Assembly (NCBI GenBank): GCA_016235365.1
Contig: JACRLF010000008.1
Span: forward strand, 1-42,036
From: Deltaproteobacteria bacterium
GTDB lineage: Bacteria; Desulfobacterota; GWC2-55-46
DNA: 42,036 nucleotides
Direction of reading: 5' to 3'
Part shown: positions 28,355 to 37,985 of the stretch, in pieces
Position numbering within the stretch: position 1 is the stretch's first letter
Layout: each line of letters begins with the position of its first letter
Notes under the pieces: model-generated
Databases searched by the model: none
Told to the model about the DNA's origin: nothing
The model's input: only the letters and a program-made list of their open reading frames with translations
Program-made: the position numbers and the translations under genes

Positions 28355-30535
28355 TTGCCGTTCCTAAAATCCCTCAACCCCATACAGGCCGAGGCCGTCA
28401 CCTTCGGCGACGGCCCGCTCCTGATCCTCGCCGGGGCCGGCAGCGGCAAGACAAAGGTCCTTACCGCCCGCATCGCCTATCTCGTGCTCAGAAAGGGCGT
28501 CCCGCCGGAGAACGTCCTGGCCGTGACGTTCACGAACAAGGCCGCCGGAGAGATGCGCAGGAGGCTCTTCTCCCTTATCGGGGATAGGGCCCAGAGGCTC
28601 TGGCTCGGCACCTTCCACTCAATCGGCGTCAAGCTCCTCAGGAGGGAGGCGCGCTCCGCCGGCATCGGACACGACCTGACGATATACGACGACGACGACC
28701 AGCTCTCGCTCATAAAGCAGGTGATGGGAGATATCTCCATAAGCGAGAAGACCTTCTCCCCCAAGGCTGTCCTCGCGCGCATAAACCAGGCCAAGAACGA
28801 AAACATCAACGCCTCGGAGTTCGCGAAAGACGCCCGCGACTTCCTCTCCGAAAGGGTGGCCAGGGTGTACTCCCTCTACCAGAAGAAACTGCGGGAGTAC
28901 GGCGCCATGGACTTCGGGGACCTCATCTGCGAGCCGGTGAAGCTGCTCAGGCAGAACCCCCATATACTCAAGGGCTATCAGGACCTCTTCCAGTACCTGC
29001 TCGTGGACGAGTACCAGGACACGAACAGGGCCCAGTACGCGTTGACGAACCTCCTCGCCTCAGGGACGCGCAACCTCCTTGCCGTCGGCGACCCGGACCA
29101 GTCGATATACGCGTGGAGGGGGGCCGATATAGGCAACATACTCGACTTCGAGAAGGACTACCCGGACTCCACGACCCTGAGGCTCGAACAGAACTACCGC
29201 TCCACGAAGAACATCCTCTCGGCGGCAAACTCCGTCATAGTCAAGAACAGGGCGCGCCTGGAAAAGACGCTCTGGACTGAGAACCCGGCCGGGGATACGC
29301 TCCTCTACGAAGAGGCGCGGGACGAGTACGACGAGGCGCGCCGCGTGATAAAGGGGGTCAAGGGGCTCCTTGACGGGGACAGGTCGTGCTCCTACAGGGA
29401 CTGCGCGATATTCTACAGGACGAACGCCCAGTCAAGGGTCTTTGAAGAGCAGCTCATGCGCGAGGGCATACCCTATACGATAGTGGGCGGGGTGAGGTTC
29501 TACGACAGGAAAGAGATAAAGGACGCGGTCGCGTACCTCCGGGTGATAGCCAACCCGAATGACTCGCTGAGCCTCCAGCGCGTGATAAACAACCCTCCGA
29601 GGGGGGTGGGCAAGGCGACGTTCGACAGGGTGCTCGCCTTGAGCGCGGAGCGCGGGGTATCGCTCTTTCAGGCCTTTGGAGAGGCTATTAATAGCGGCGC
29701 GCTCAATAAGACGAGGGTCAGGGGGTTCCTGGAGGCCTGCGAGGGGTTCCGCAAGGACATCGGGAGGTTGAGCCTCCATGAACTCGCCCTGAGGCTACTT
29801 GAGGACTCCGGGTACATGCTCATGTGGCAGGAGGACGGCTCAGAGGAAGCCATGGAAAGGGTGGAGAACATCTTCGAGTTCATCTCCGCCATAAAGGACT
29901 TCGAGTCCGTGAACAAGGACGCCTCTCTGTCCGGCTTCCTCGACCAGGTGGCGCTCATAAGCGATATGGACACATACGACGACGCCCCTGACCGCGTTAC
30001 CCTCATGACGCTCCATTCGGCAAAGGGGCTTGAGTTCAGGGCGGTCTTCATGGCAGGCATGGAAGAGGGGCTCTTCCCCCATTCAAGGAGCAAGGACGAC
30101 CCGGAGAGCCTCGAAGAGGAGCGCAGGCTCTGCTACGTGGGCATGACGAGAGCCCGGGAGCGCCTCCACCTCTATTCGGCAAAGACAAGGACGGTCTACG
30201 GCGAGACGAGATACCAGATGCGGAGCAGGTTCATAGACGAGGTCCCTCCGGAGCTACTGACGATGATCTCTACGGAGCCCCAGGGCCAGAAGCGGGTATA
30301 TACGGACGAGCCTTACTATACCTCGGAAGACAGCCAGACAGGCGCGCATACGGACGACACATCAGACCCCCTGCCCTGGAAGGTAGGCTCGAAGGTCATG
30401 CACCCGAGCTTCGGCCCCGGGGTGATAAAGGAGCGTTGCGGACAGGGCCCTGACGCGAAGCTCACCGTGAACTTCAAGGACTACGGGGTGAAGAAGCTCG
30501 TCGTAAAGTACGCCTCCCTCTCGCCGATAAACTGA
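28355..30535 (+). CDS. pcrA: ATP-dependent DNA helicase UvrD/PcrA
   Basis: AGAGSGKT, VDEYQDTN, VGDPDQSIY, LEQNYRST, MTLHSAKGLEF, EEERRLCYVG; likely TTG start after GGAG. Confidence 0.95.
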   Translation: MPFLKSLNPIQAEAVTFGDGPLLILAGAGSGKTKVLTARIAYLVLRKGVPPENVLAVTFTNKAAGEMRRRLFSLIGDRAQRLWLGTFHSIGVKLLRREARSAGIGHDLTIYDDDDQLSLIKQVMGDISISEKTFSPKAVLARINQAKNENINASEFAKDARDFLSERVARVYSLYQKKLREYGAMDFGDLICEPVKLLRQNPHILKGYQDLFQYLLVDEYQDTNRAQYALTNLLASGTRNLLAVGDPDQSIYAWRGADIGNILDFEKDYPDSTTLRLEQNYRSTKNILSAANSVIVKNRARLEKTLWTENPAGDTLLYEEARDEYDEARRVIKGVKGLLDGDRSCSYRDCAIFYRTNAQSRVFEEQLMREGIPYTIVGGVRFYDRKEIKDAVAYLRVIANPNDSLSLQRVINNPPRGVGKATFDRVLALSAERGVSLFQAFGEAINSGALNKTRVRGFLEACEGFRKDIGRLSLHELALRLLEDSGYMLMWQEDGSEEAMERVENIFEFISAIKDFESVNKDASLSGFLDQVALISDMDTYDDAPDRVTLMTLHSAKGLEFRAVFMAGMEEGLFPHSRSKDDPESLEEERRLCYVGMTRARERLHLYSAKTRTVYGETRYQMRSRFIDEVPPELLTMISTEPQGQKRVYTDEPYYTSEDSQTGAHTDDTSDPLPWKVGSKVMHPSFGPGVIKERCGQGPDAKLTVNFKDYGVKKLVVKYASLSPIN

Positions 30536-30620
30536 GCTTGCGGGCGGTTTTGATCATATCAGTTATGGAAAATTCTTTGTTCCAATCCAAATGTTTACCT
30601 TTTACGAAAAATATGTAGAG

Positions 30621-30735
30621 GCGTAGGATGGGTTGAGCGCAGCGAAGCCCGTCATTCATGGCGTACAATAATTGAGAAGCGTAGGATGGGTTGAGCGCAG
30701 CGAAGCCCATCATTCATGGCGTACAATAATTTGAG
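30621..30735 (+). repeat. Two tandem 58-bp units, each containing a GTAG-REP, upstream of the RAYT
   Basis: GTAGGATGGGTTGAGCGCAGCGAAGCCC(G/A)TC at 30623 and 30681. Confidence 0.9.
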
Positions 30736-30746
30736 GCGTTGAGACG

Positions 30747-31274
30747 ATGACGGAATACCGTCGTTTGTGGCTTCCGGGCGGGACATATTTTTTCACCGTC
30801 AATCTCGCCGAGCGGAGGCGCGACTTATTGGTCAGGCATATCGACGTCTTACGCGAGGCCGTAAGACAGGTGAAGGCGCGCCATCCATTCCGTCTTGACG
30901 CCGTTGTTGTGTTGCCGGACCATCTGCATTGCGTCATAACATTGCCGCATGGCGATGACGATTTTGCCGTCCGGCTGGGCGCGGTCAAGGCGAATTTTTC
31001 GCGGCGCATCCCCAGCGGCGAGCGCCGCTCACCGAGCCGCGTCTCAAAACGCGAACGCGGCGTCTGGCAACGCAGGTATTGGGAGCACGCCATCCGCAAC
31101 GAGGATGACTTCAGACGGCATCTGGATTACCTTCATTACAATCCGGTCAAGCACGGGTTGGTAACGCGCGTGTCGGATTGGCCATATTCGTCATTCCACC
31201 GATACGTCCGTCGCGGCGCATACCCATTGGATTGGGCCGCTTGCACGGATGATGTCGCCGCAGGCGAGCGATGA
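30747..31274 (+). CDS. rayT: REP-associated tyrosine transposase (RAYT, HUH Y1)
   Basis: GGTYFFTVN, HUH motif PDHLH, WQRRYWEH, YLHYNPVKHG, WPYSS; flanked by inverted REPs. Confidence 0.93.
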   Translation: MTEYRRLWLPGGTYFFTVNLAERRRDLLVRHIDVLREAVRQVKARHPFRLDAVVVLPDHLHCVITLPHGDDDFAVRLGAVKANFSRRIPSGERRSPSRVSKRERGVWQRRYWEHAIRNEDDFRRHLDYLHYNPVKHGLVTRVSDWPYSSFHRYVRRGAYPLDWAACTDDVAAGER

Positions 31275-31298
31275 TAATTTTGTGATGTGGTGTGATGC

Positions 31299-31335
31299 GA
31301 TGGGCTTCGCTTCGCTCAACCCATCCTACCGTGCT
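31299..31335 (-). repeat. GTAG-REP with AGCACG flank
   Basis: Reverse complement AGCACGGTAGGATGGGTTGAGCGAAGCGAAGCCCATC. Confidence 0.9.
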
Positions 31336-31544
31336 GAAATGCTCGGGGTACGCCCTCGACATGTACGCCGGCTGGCGCAAAAAGGGACGCTACGAAAAGA
31401 AGGGCGCGGCGTGTTCTTAAAAGAACATATCGCCGAGTGGAAGCGAAATCAATGTCCGCATGAAATGACAAATGGCACTATAAGCGGACCCGATCCCAAC
31501 GTTAGAGCCAACTTTTGACAGAAGCACACCAGAAGTCCGCTTGA

Positions 31545-31581
31545 AGCACGGTAGGATGGGTTGAGCGCAGCGAAGCCCATC
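31545..31581 (+). repeat. GTAG-REP with AGCACG flank, just after the cysS stop
   Basis: AGCACGGTAGGATGGGTTGAGCGCAGCGAAGCCCATC. Confidence 0.9.
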
Positions 31582-31584
31582 ACC

Positions 31585-33024
31585 TCAACGCCTCACCGTC
31601 CACTCCGTCCCCTTCGGCGTATCCTCCAGCGCTATGCCACGGCTCAAAAGCAACTCCCTTATCGAATCGGCCTTCTTGAAGTCCCTCAACCGGCGCGCCT
31701 CGTTCCTCTCCATTATAAGCCTCTCTATCTCTTCGGCGGGCATGGCTGAGCGGGAGTTCTTCTCCCTGAAGTACCCCTCCGGGTCCTTGTTGAAGATGCC
31801 GAGGAACCTGCCGGCCTCCTTGAACGCGAAGAGTATGAAAGACAGCTCCGTTGCGCTTGTCCGCTTTCCCGACGCCCTGGCCTCATCGAGGGCCCTGTTA
31901 GCCCTGTTGACCTCCTTGAAGATATTGCCTATCACCTCGGCGGTGTTGAAGTCGTCGTCCATCGCCTCTATCAGGCCGTTCAGCCTCTCCTCAGAGCCGC
32001 TTGGTCGGCTATCCGCGGCAACGGCATCGGGGCATTCGTCCGCTATCCTCTTTAGCGTCTTGTAGAACCTCTCCACCGCGGCCTCTGCCTCGTTCAGGGA
32101 GTCCTGCGTGTAGTCTATCGGCGAGCGGTAGTGGCTCGATAAGAGAAAGAGCCGCAGGACCTCGCTGGTATGCTCCTTGAGCGCGTCCCTGATGTTCAAT
32201 ATGTTGCCGAGCGACTTGCTCATCTTCTCTTTTTCGATGTTCACGAACCCGTTGTGGAGCCAGTACCTCGCATACGGGGCCTTGCCGGTAGCGGCCTCGC
32301 TCTGGGCTATCTCGTTCTCGTGGTGCGGGAATATGAGGTCCCTGCCCCCGCCGTGTATGTCTATGGTCTCATCGAGCCACTTCATGCACATGGCCGAGCA
32401 CTCTATGTGCCATCCAGGCCTGCCCATACCCCAGGGGCTCTCCCACGAGGGCTCCCCGGGCTTGCCCGCCTTCCAGAGGGCGAAGTCCAGCGGGTCATTC
32501 TTCCTCTCGTCCACCTCCACCCTGGCCCCGGCCTCGAGCTCGTCGATGTTCTTTCCGGAGAGCTTGCCGTAGTCCTTCTTGAGCTTGACCGAGTAGTAGA
32601 CGTCCCCGTCCACCGCGTAGGCGAAGCCCTTCCCTATCAGCCTTTCCGTCACCTCGATTATCTCTTTTATGGTCTCGGTCGCCTTCGGCCTGTAAGTGGG
32701 CAACTCCACGCCGAGGGCCGCCATATCCTCGTCGAACGCCTTGATGTAGCGGACCGCTAACTCCGCCGGGTCAACGCCCTCCTCGTTCGCGCGGTTTATT
32801 ATCTTGTCGTCCACGTCGGTATAGTTCCTGGCGTACTCCACCTTGTAGCCCCTGTACTTGAGGTACCTGTATATGACGTCGAACGAGACCGCGCTCCTTG
32901 CGTGCCCTATGTGGCTGTGGGCGTATACCGTGGGGCCGCAGACGTACATCAATACCCTGTCCGGGTTCCCCGGAGAGAAGTCCTCCTTACCCCTTGTAAG
33001 CGAATTGTAGAGTCTTATCCCCAT
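31585..33024 (-). CDS. cysS: Cysteine--tRNA ligase
   Basis: YVCGPTVY..SHIGH, GRPGWHIECSAM, FPHHENE, KMSKSLGN. Confidence 0.97.
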   Translation of the reverse strand: MGIRLYNSLTRGKEDFSPGNPDRVLMYVCGPTVYAHSHIGHARSAVSFDVIYRYLKYRGYKVEYARNYTDVDDKIINRANEEGVDPAELAVRYIKAFDEDMAALGVELPTYRPKATETIKEIIEVTERLIGKGFAYAVDGDVYYSVKLKKDYGKLSGKNIDELEAGARVEVDERKNDPLDFALWKAGKPGEPSWESPWGMGRPGWHIECSAMCMKWLDETIDIHGGGRDLIFPHHENEIAQSEAATGKAPYARYWLHNGFVNIEKEKMSKSLGNILNIRDALKEHTSEVLRLFLLSSHYRSPIDYTQDSLNEAEAAVERFYKTLKRIADECPDAVAADSRPSGSEERLNGLIEAMDDDFNTAEVIGNIFKEVNRANRALDEARASGKRTSATELSFILFAFKEAGRFLGIFNKDPEGYFREKNSRSAMPAEEIERLIMERNEARRLRDFKKADSIRELLLSRGIALEDTPKGTEWTVRR

Positions 33025-33083
33025 ATAGACCGCCGTTGTCGTTTATTTTTCATGGCCATGCCAAAACCGCATGACCTCGTCTA

Positions 33084-34499
33084 TCACTCAAAGCCCTTGA
33101 GCCTCTCCATTGCCCTCTCCCTGCCGAGTATCTTGAAGACGTTCACCAACTCTATGCCCTCGGTCTGTCCCGTGAGGGCGCACCTTATAGGCATGAAGAG
33201 CCTCCTGCCCTTCTCACCCGTGGCCTCTTTAACCCCCTTGATGACCCTGGCGTAGGCCGCCTCGTCGATTGCCGAGAGCCCCTCGACCACGGCCCTTGCC
33301 GCCCTTATGACCGCCCTGGCGTAAGGCTCCCGGAGTATGGCGCGCGCCTCCTCCGTTACCGCCATCCCCTTGCCGATGAAGGGCTCCATGAGCCGCTTCA
33401 GATCGTTCAATGTAGCGGCGTTGTGCCTTAAGAGCCCGACTATCTCCTTGAGCCTCTCCTCGTCAACCCCTTCCACCCCAATGCCGGAGAGCTCGATGAG
33501 CCTTACGGGGTCTGCGCCTTCGATGGAGAGCCTGTTAAAGTGCCTGAGACTCTCGATATCGAATACCGAGGGGCTCCTTGAGAGCCTCTTGAGCGAAAAT
33601 GACCGGGCCATCTCATCAAGACACAAAAGCCCGGGGGCCGGAGTCCAGCCGAGCCTTGCCACGGTATTGAGCACCGCCTCAGGCAGAAACCCCTCCCCCC
33701 TCAAAGACCTGATCGAGGCGCTCTCATCCCTCTTGCCGAGCGGCGTCCTGTCCGTAGAGAGCACCAGGGGGATATGCGCGTAGTAAGGGGGCGCGAAACC
33801 GAGCGCCTCGAAAAGGAGCATCTGCCTCGGCGTATTGGATATGTGGTCGTCGCCCCTTATGATGTGCGTTATGGACATGAGCGCGTCATCGACGACCACG
33901 GCGAAGTTATATGAGGCGATGGCGTCCGAGCCGATGATGATGAAGTCCCCTATCACCCTTGAATCGAAGGTCAACGGGCCGTGCACCGCGTCCGTGAACC
34001 TGACTATCCTTTCAGGGACCTTGAACCTTATGACCGGGGCAACCCCCTCCGGCGCATCCGGGCCTTCGATGTACCTGCACCTGTTGTCGTACCGGGGCGG
34101 CAGGCCTTTTGATATCTGGGACCTTTTAAGCTCCTCAAGCCGCTCCTTCGCGCACCAGCACCTGTAGGCGAGCCCCCTTTGGACGAGCCCGGCGGCGTAA
34201 CCCCTGTAGATATCCAACCGCTCGGACTGCCTGTATGGGCCGCTGCCCCCGTTGTCCGGGCCCTCGTCCCAACGAAGCCCCAGCCACTCAAGGTCCTCAA
34301 GGGCGGCCTTCTCAAAGGCGGCGCTCGACCTCTCTACGTCGGTATCCTCTATCCGGAGGACGAGCTTGCCCCCGTGGACCCTGGCAAAGAGATAGTTGAA
34401 AAGGGCGGTCCTGACGCTGCCGACGTGGAGCAGGCCCGTGGGGCTCGGCGCGAACCGCGTCCTTATCTCTTCACGCCTGGTATCAATTCCAGTGCGCAA
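33084..34499 (-). CDS. gltX: Glutamate--tRNA ligase (start uncertain)
   Basis: RFAPSPTGLLHVG, LRIEDTD, YNFAVVVDD, IIRGDDH, LFMPIRCALTG. Confidence 0.93.
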   Translation of the reverse strand: MRTGIDTRREEIRTRFAPSPTGLLHVGSVRTALFNYLFARVHGGKLVLRIEDTDVERSSAAFEKAALEDLEWLGLRWDEGPDNGGSGPYRQSERLDIYRGYAAGLVQRGLAYRCWCAKERLEELKRSQISKGLPPRYDNRCRYIEGPDAPEGVAPVIRFKVPERIVRFTDAVHGPLTFDSRVIGDFIIIGSDAIASYNFAVVVDDALMSITHIIRGDDHISNTPRQMLLFEALGFAPPYYAHIPLVLSTDRTPLGKRDESASIRSLRGEGFLPEAVLNTVARLGWTPAPGLLCLDEMARSFSLKRLSRSPSVFDIESLRHFNRLSIEGADPVRLIELSGIGVEGVDEERLKEIVGLLRHNAATLNDLKRLMEPFIGKGMAVTEEARAILREPYARAVIRAARAVVEGLSAIDEAAYARVIKGVKEATGEKGRRLFMPIRCALTGQTEGIELVNVFKILGRERAMERLKGFE

Positions 34500-34500
34500 T

Positions 34501-34977
34501 CTATCGCTTCTCCTCTATGAGCGCGACGGCATAGGCCGAGATCCCCTCGCCGCTGCCGGTAAAACCGAGCCCCTCTTCGGTCTTCGCCTTCACGTTCACC
34601 CTGCCTGAGTCGCACCCGGCGGCGCCGGATATCCTCTTTACCATCTCCGGTATGTGGGCCATGAGGCGCGGTGCCTCGCACACGACCGTCGAGTCTATGT
34701 TGACGACGCCGAAGCCCGCGTTGTCGACAAGACGCGCCGCCATGATGAGGAGCTCGATGCTCGATATGTCCTTATAGGCGGCGTCCGTCGCGGGGAAGTG
34801 CCTCCCTATGTCGCCCAGGGACGCGGCCCCTATGAGCGCGTCTATTATCGCGTGGAGAAGGACGTCCGCGTCCGAGTGGCCGAGGAGGCCCTTTGAAAAA
34901 GATATCTCCACGCCCCCCAGGACAAGCCTCCTGCCCTCTACCAGCCTGTGAGCGTCGTATCCGAAACCTACTCTCAT
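34501..34977 (-). CDS. ispF: MEcPP synthase
   Basis: MRVGFGYDAH, GHSDADVLLHA, GDIGRHFP, NVKAKTEEGLG. Confidence 0.95.
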   Translation of the reverse strand: MRVGFGYDAHRLVEGRRLVLGGVEISFSKGLLGHSDADVLLHAIIDALIGAASLGDIGRHFPATDAAYKDISSIELLIMAARLVDNAGFGVVNIDSTVVCEAPRLMAHIPEMVKRISGAAGCDSGRVNVKAKTEEGLGFTGSGEGISAYAVALIEEKR

Positions 34978-35003
34978 ATCAACCCCCGAACCCGGCGCCC
35001 GCC

Positions 35004-35118
35004 TTGAAGCTCCCCGCGGCTTGCCGCGGGGAATCTTCGACATGTAAGGAAGTATATATATCCGATTCGCTCGCCTGACCCCGCGGCTTTTCCGCGGGCT
35101 GGGCGCTCGCTATGCATG
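35004..35118 (-). mobile_element. Family A element, copy 7, between ispD and ispF
   Basis: Follows the TGA-A of the ispD stop; ends GGGGAGCTTCAA. Confidence 0.85.
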
Positions 35119-35119
35119 T

Positions 35120-35836
35120 TCAGCGGCCGCCGCTCTCTCTCCAATCGAGTATGCACCCGGCAAGGGCCATATCCTCGCCGGTGGTGATCTTTATATTCTC
35201 GTACGACCCCTCCACCACCGTCACGTCAAACCCCAGCCTCTCCACAAGCGAGCTCTCGTCCGTCCCCAGGAACCCGTCGCTCGCCGCGGCCTCCAACGCC
35301 TTTGAGAGTATGTCCGCCCTGAAGGCCTGGGGGGTGTGCACCGCCCAGAGGAGGTCCCTCGGCAACGTCCTTTTGACAACCCCTCCGGAGACCTCCTTCA
35401 CCGTATCCTTTACCCGGACAGCGGACACGGCGCACCCGGAGCGCCGTGCCGCCCGGAGCGTATCTTCCACGGCATCGAGCGTCACAAGCGGCCTCGCGCC
35501 GTCGTGGACGACCATATAGTCCCATCCGCCCCCCGCGGCCCTGACCCCGTTATATACCGAATCCTGCCGCTCCGGCCCGCCCGCCGTGACGGAGACGACC
35601 TTCTTGAAGGAGTGCTTATCGACTATCTCCCTCCGGCAGAAATCCTCATCCCCGGCCCCGACCACGACCACGATAGCCGTAACGAGGGTGGAGGCCTCGA
35701 ACGGAGCGAGAGCGCGCGCGAGCACCGGGACCCCGTTAAGCGGGAGGTAGTTCTTCCTCTTAGACCCCATCCTGCGCCCCATGCCGCCGGACGGGATGAT
35801 AGCCAGCACCTTTTTACCCGTGGCCTTATCTTCCAT
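35120..35836 (-). CDS. ispD: MEP cytidylyltransferase
   Basis: GGMGRRMG..K, GGPERQDSV, VHDGARP, TPQAF, NIKITT. Confidence 0.95.
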   Translation of the reverse strand: MEDKATGKKVLAIIPSGGMGRRMGSKRKNYLPLNGVPVLARALAPFEASTLVTAIVVVVGAGDEDFCRREIVDKHSFKKVVSVTAGGPERQDSVYNGVRAAGGGWDYMVVHDGARPLVTLDAVEDTLRAARRSGCAVSAVRVKDTVKEVSGGVVKRTLPRDLLWAVHTPQAFRADILSKALEAAASDGFLGTDESSLVERLGFDVTVVEGSYENIKITTGEDMALAGCILDWRESGGR

Positions 35837-35866
35837 CAACAACCCTTATACGCGAAGGTTTTTGAA

Positions 35867-35982
35867 CATGCATAGCGAGCGCATTCCCCGTAGCTTGCTA
35901 CGGGGTCAAGCGAGCGAATAGGAATAGATACTTCCTTATATGTCGAAGATTCCCCGCGGCTTAGGCCAGCGGGGAGCTTCAA
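35867..35982 (+). mobile_element. Family A element, copy 8
   Basis: TGAA|CATGCATAGCGAGCG...GGGGAGCTTCAA. Confidence 0.85.
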
Positions 35983-36103
35983 ACTCAAAAGGGGTCTGGG
36001 CCGCCTGGGGCCTGTTGTGAGCCTACAGTTTAATAGAATTCCCGCCCGTTTAAAAGCGATTTTTGCCGCGCACGAGCGCGGGGCGGCGGACAAGGCCGCC
36101 ATA

Positions 36104-36138
36104 AAAAAAGCCGGGTATTTTTGATTACAATACCCGGC
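36104..36138 (-). terminator. Terminator-like hairpin after the PIN/TRAM gene
   Basis: Minus strand GCCGGGTATT...AATACCCGGC followed by a T7 run. Confidence 0.6.
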
Positions 36139-36161
36139 CCGAACGTCCATGCCGCAAAGCG

Positions 36162-37229
36162 CTACTGGTATAAAGCCCTTTTCACGTTCTCCTTGAAGTC
36201 TTCCTTGACCTTGGAGAATATCATCCGTCCGCCCGCCGTCTGCAGGACGCTCGTTATGGACACATCGACCGTTTTTCCGACATACCCCCCGGCGTTGTCT
36301 ATCACCACCATCGTGCCGTCGTCAAGGTACCCTATCCCCTGGCCCTGCTCCTTGCCCTCCTTCATGACGGGTATGCTCATGACCTCACCGGGCAGGACCA
36401 CGGGCTTGAGGGCCGTGGCGAGCCTGTTTATATTCAGCACGTCGACCCCTTGGAGTTCGGCCACCTTATCAAGGTTGGAGTCGTTCGTAAGTATCTTGCC
36501 GCCTGTCTCCTTCGCCATGGCGACGAGCTTGGCGTCAACCTCTTTTATGTCCGGGAAGTCCCTGTCCGAGACAACCACCCTGATTTTTTTATTATCGCGC
36601 ATCTGCTTGAGTGTGTCGAACCCGCGTTTGCCGCGGGCCCTTTTGACCCCGTCTGAAGAGTCCGCCACGTACTGGAGTTCCTGGAGCACGAACTGCGGCA
36701 CTATGAACCCGCCTTCAAGAAAACCCGTCTCGCAGACCTCGGATATCCTGCCGTCGATTATGACGGACGTGTCCACGATAAGGTCCCGCGCGTCAGGCGT
36801 CGCCTTTTCGTCGAATTTCCTGCCTTTGAGGAGTTCGTTATTCTCCCTGATGACGTTGAAAGCGCCAACGCCCGCGAACTCATCCCCTTTTTTCATGCCG
36901 ATGCTCAAGCCCACATACCCTATCACGCTGTTGGCAAGGAGATAGGCCGCGAACTCGAGGTACTTGTCGTCCAGGAAGTTTAGTACGAGCGGATAGGTAA
37001 GGAGGTTTGCTACGATAAGTCCTATGATAAGCCCGGCAGCCCCGCCTGCTATGACCTTGAGCGGGGTCTTTTTCACCCTCTCTTCAAAGATTATCGCCAA
37101 TATGAATATCAACAGGCCGCTTACAAACCCTATGTAGGCGAGCTTTGAGCCGCTTATCTCGTATACGATTAAATACCCGCTCGCCGATGCGAAGACGGCC
37201 AGCAAAGCCCGCATCAAAATGAGGAACAC
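36162..37229 (-). CDS. Membrane PIN/TRAM domain protein (YacL-like)
   Basis: Four TM segments, [39 protein letters not shown]. Confidence 0.93.
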   Translation of the reverse strand: MFLILMRALLAVFASASGYLIVYEISGSKLAYIGFVSGLLIFILAIIFEERVKKTPLKVIAGGAAGLIIGLIVANLLTYPLVLNFLDDKYLEFAAYLLANSVIGYVGLSIGMKKGDEFAGVGAFNVIRENNELLKGRKFDEKATPDARDLIVDTSVIIDGRISEVCETGFLEGGFIVPQFVLQELQYVADSSDGVKRARGKRGFDTLKQMRDNKKIRVVVSDRDFPDIKEVDAKLVAMAKETGGKILTNDSNLDKVAELQGVDVLNINRLATALKPVVLPGEVMSIPVMKEGKEQGQGIGYLDDGTMVVIDNAGGYVGKTVDVSITSVLQTAGGRMIFSKVKEDFKENVKRALYQ

Positions 37230-37244
37230 CCACCAACCCCCCTT

Positions 37245-37751
37245 TTATTTCTGCATAATGCGGTATATCTCTTCTTCCACCTTTTCTTCTTTAAGATTTT
37301 TAGCGATGGAAAGCTCTTTTATCAGGAGGTTCTTGGCGGTATCCAGCATCCTTCGTTCGCCGAAAGAGAGTTCCTTGTCGTGCTTGAGCATGTAGAGGTC
37401 CCGGAGCACGCTGGCCACTTCCAATACGCAACCGCTCTTTATCTTGTCGGTATACTCACGGTAACGCCTGTTCCACGTCTGGTTGTCGAGCGTTATCTCC
37501 TTCTTTTCCTTCAAGATGTCATAGACCTTGATGACCATGCTCTTTTTGACTATCTTCCTGAGGCCGACCGTGGACGCGGTGTCGACAGGCACCATTATGG
37601 TGGCTTCCGAATCGAGTATCTTGAGGATGTAGAAGTGTTTGTTCTGGCCGGAGACATCCCTGCTTTCTATTCCCAGGATGGTCCCTACGCCGTGGGCGGG
37701 GTATACCGCGAGTTCGCCTATTTTAAAAGCCTGGACATCGGTCTTAAGCAT
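37245..37751 (-). CDS. carD: CarD/CdnL family RNAP-binding regulator
   Basis: AVYPAHGVG, WNRRYRE, LSFGERRML. Confidence 0.93.
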   Translation of the reverse strand: MLKTDVQAFKIGELAVYPAHGVGTILGIESRDVSGQNKHFYILKILDSEATIMVPVDTASTVGLRKIVKKSMVIKVYDILKEKKEITLDNQTWNRRYREYTDKIKSGCVLEVASVLRDLYMLKHDKELSFGERRMLDTAKNLLIKELSIAKNLKEEKVEEEIYRIMQK

Positions 37752-37804
37752 CGAACTCCTTATACGTACGTCTGAGTGTGAGGAGGATATGGGTGTACAT
37801 GAAT

Positions 37805-37834
37805 TTTATAACACAGTCCATACATGCAAGTCAA
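37805..37834 (-). promoter_or_regulatory. sigma70 promoter of the carD operon
   Basis: TTGACT-N18-(TGT)TATAAA. Confidence 0.55.
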
Positions 37835-37843
37835 ATCTTATTG

Positions 37844-37913
37844 CGGTTCATCCCCACGCCTGTGGGGAACACGAATTAAAATGTCAGCACAGCGCAGGGG
37901 CCAACGGTTTTAT
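37844..37913 (-). CRISPR. Orphan type I-E repeat, 32-nt spacer and partial repeat
   Basis: GTGTTCCCCACAGGCGTGGGGATGAACCG (37872-37844). ATAAAACCG lies exactly 32 nt upstream. No cas genes in the window. Confidence 0.7.
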
Positions 37914-37985
37914 TTCGCCGGGCCTGAAAACCTAAACAAGACCGGAAAAAGGCCTGAACCGAAGTTTTTAAAGCCCCGCCCCCGG

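Noticed and set aside
30621-30735. Possible CRISPR array
   Set aside because: The inter-repeat sequences are nearly identical and the repeat is the RAYT-associated REP, so this is a tandem duplication.
34978-35043. N-terminal extension of ispF (MSKIPRGKPRG...)
   Set aside because: Derived from the family A insertion; the canonical MRVG start is at 34977.
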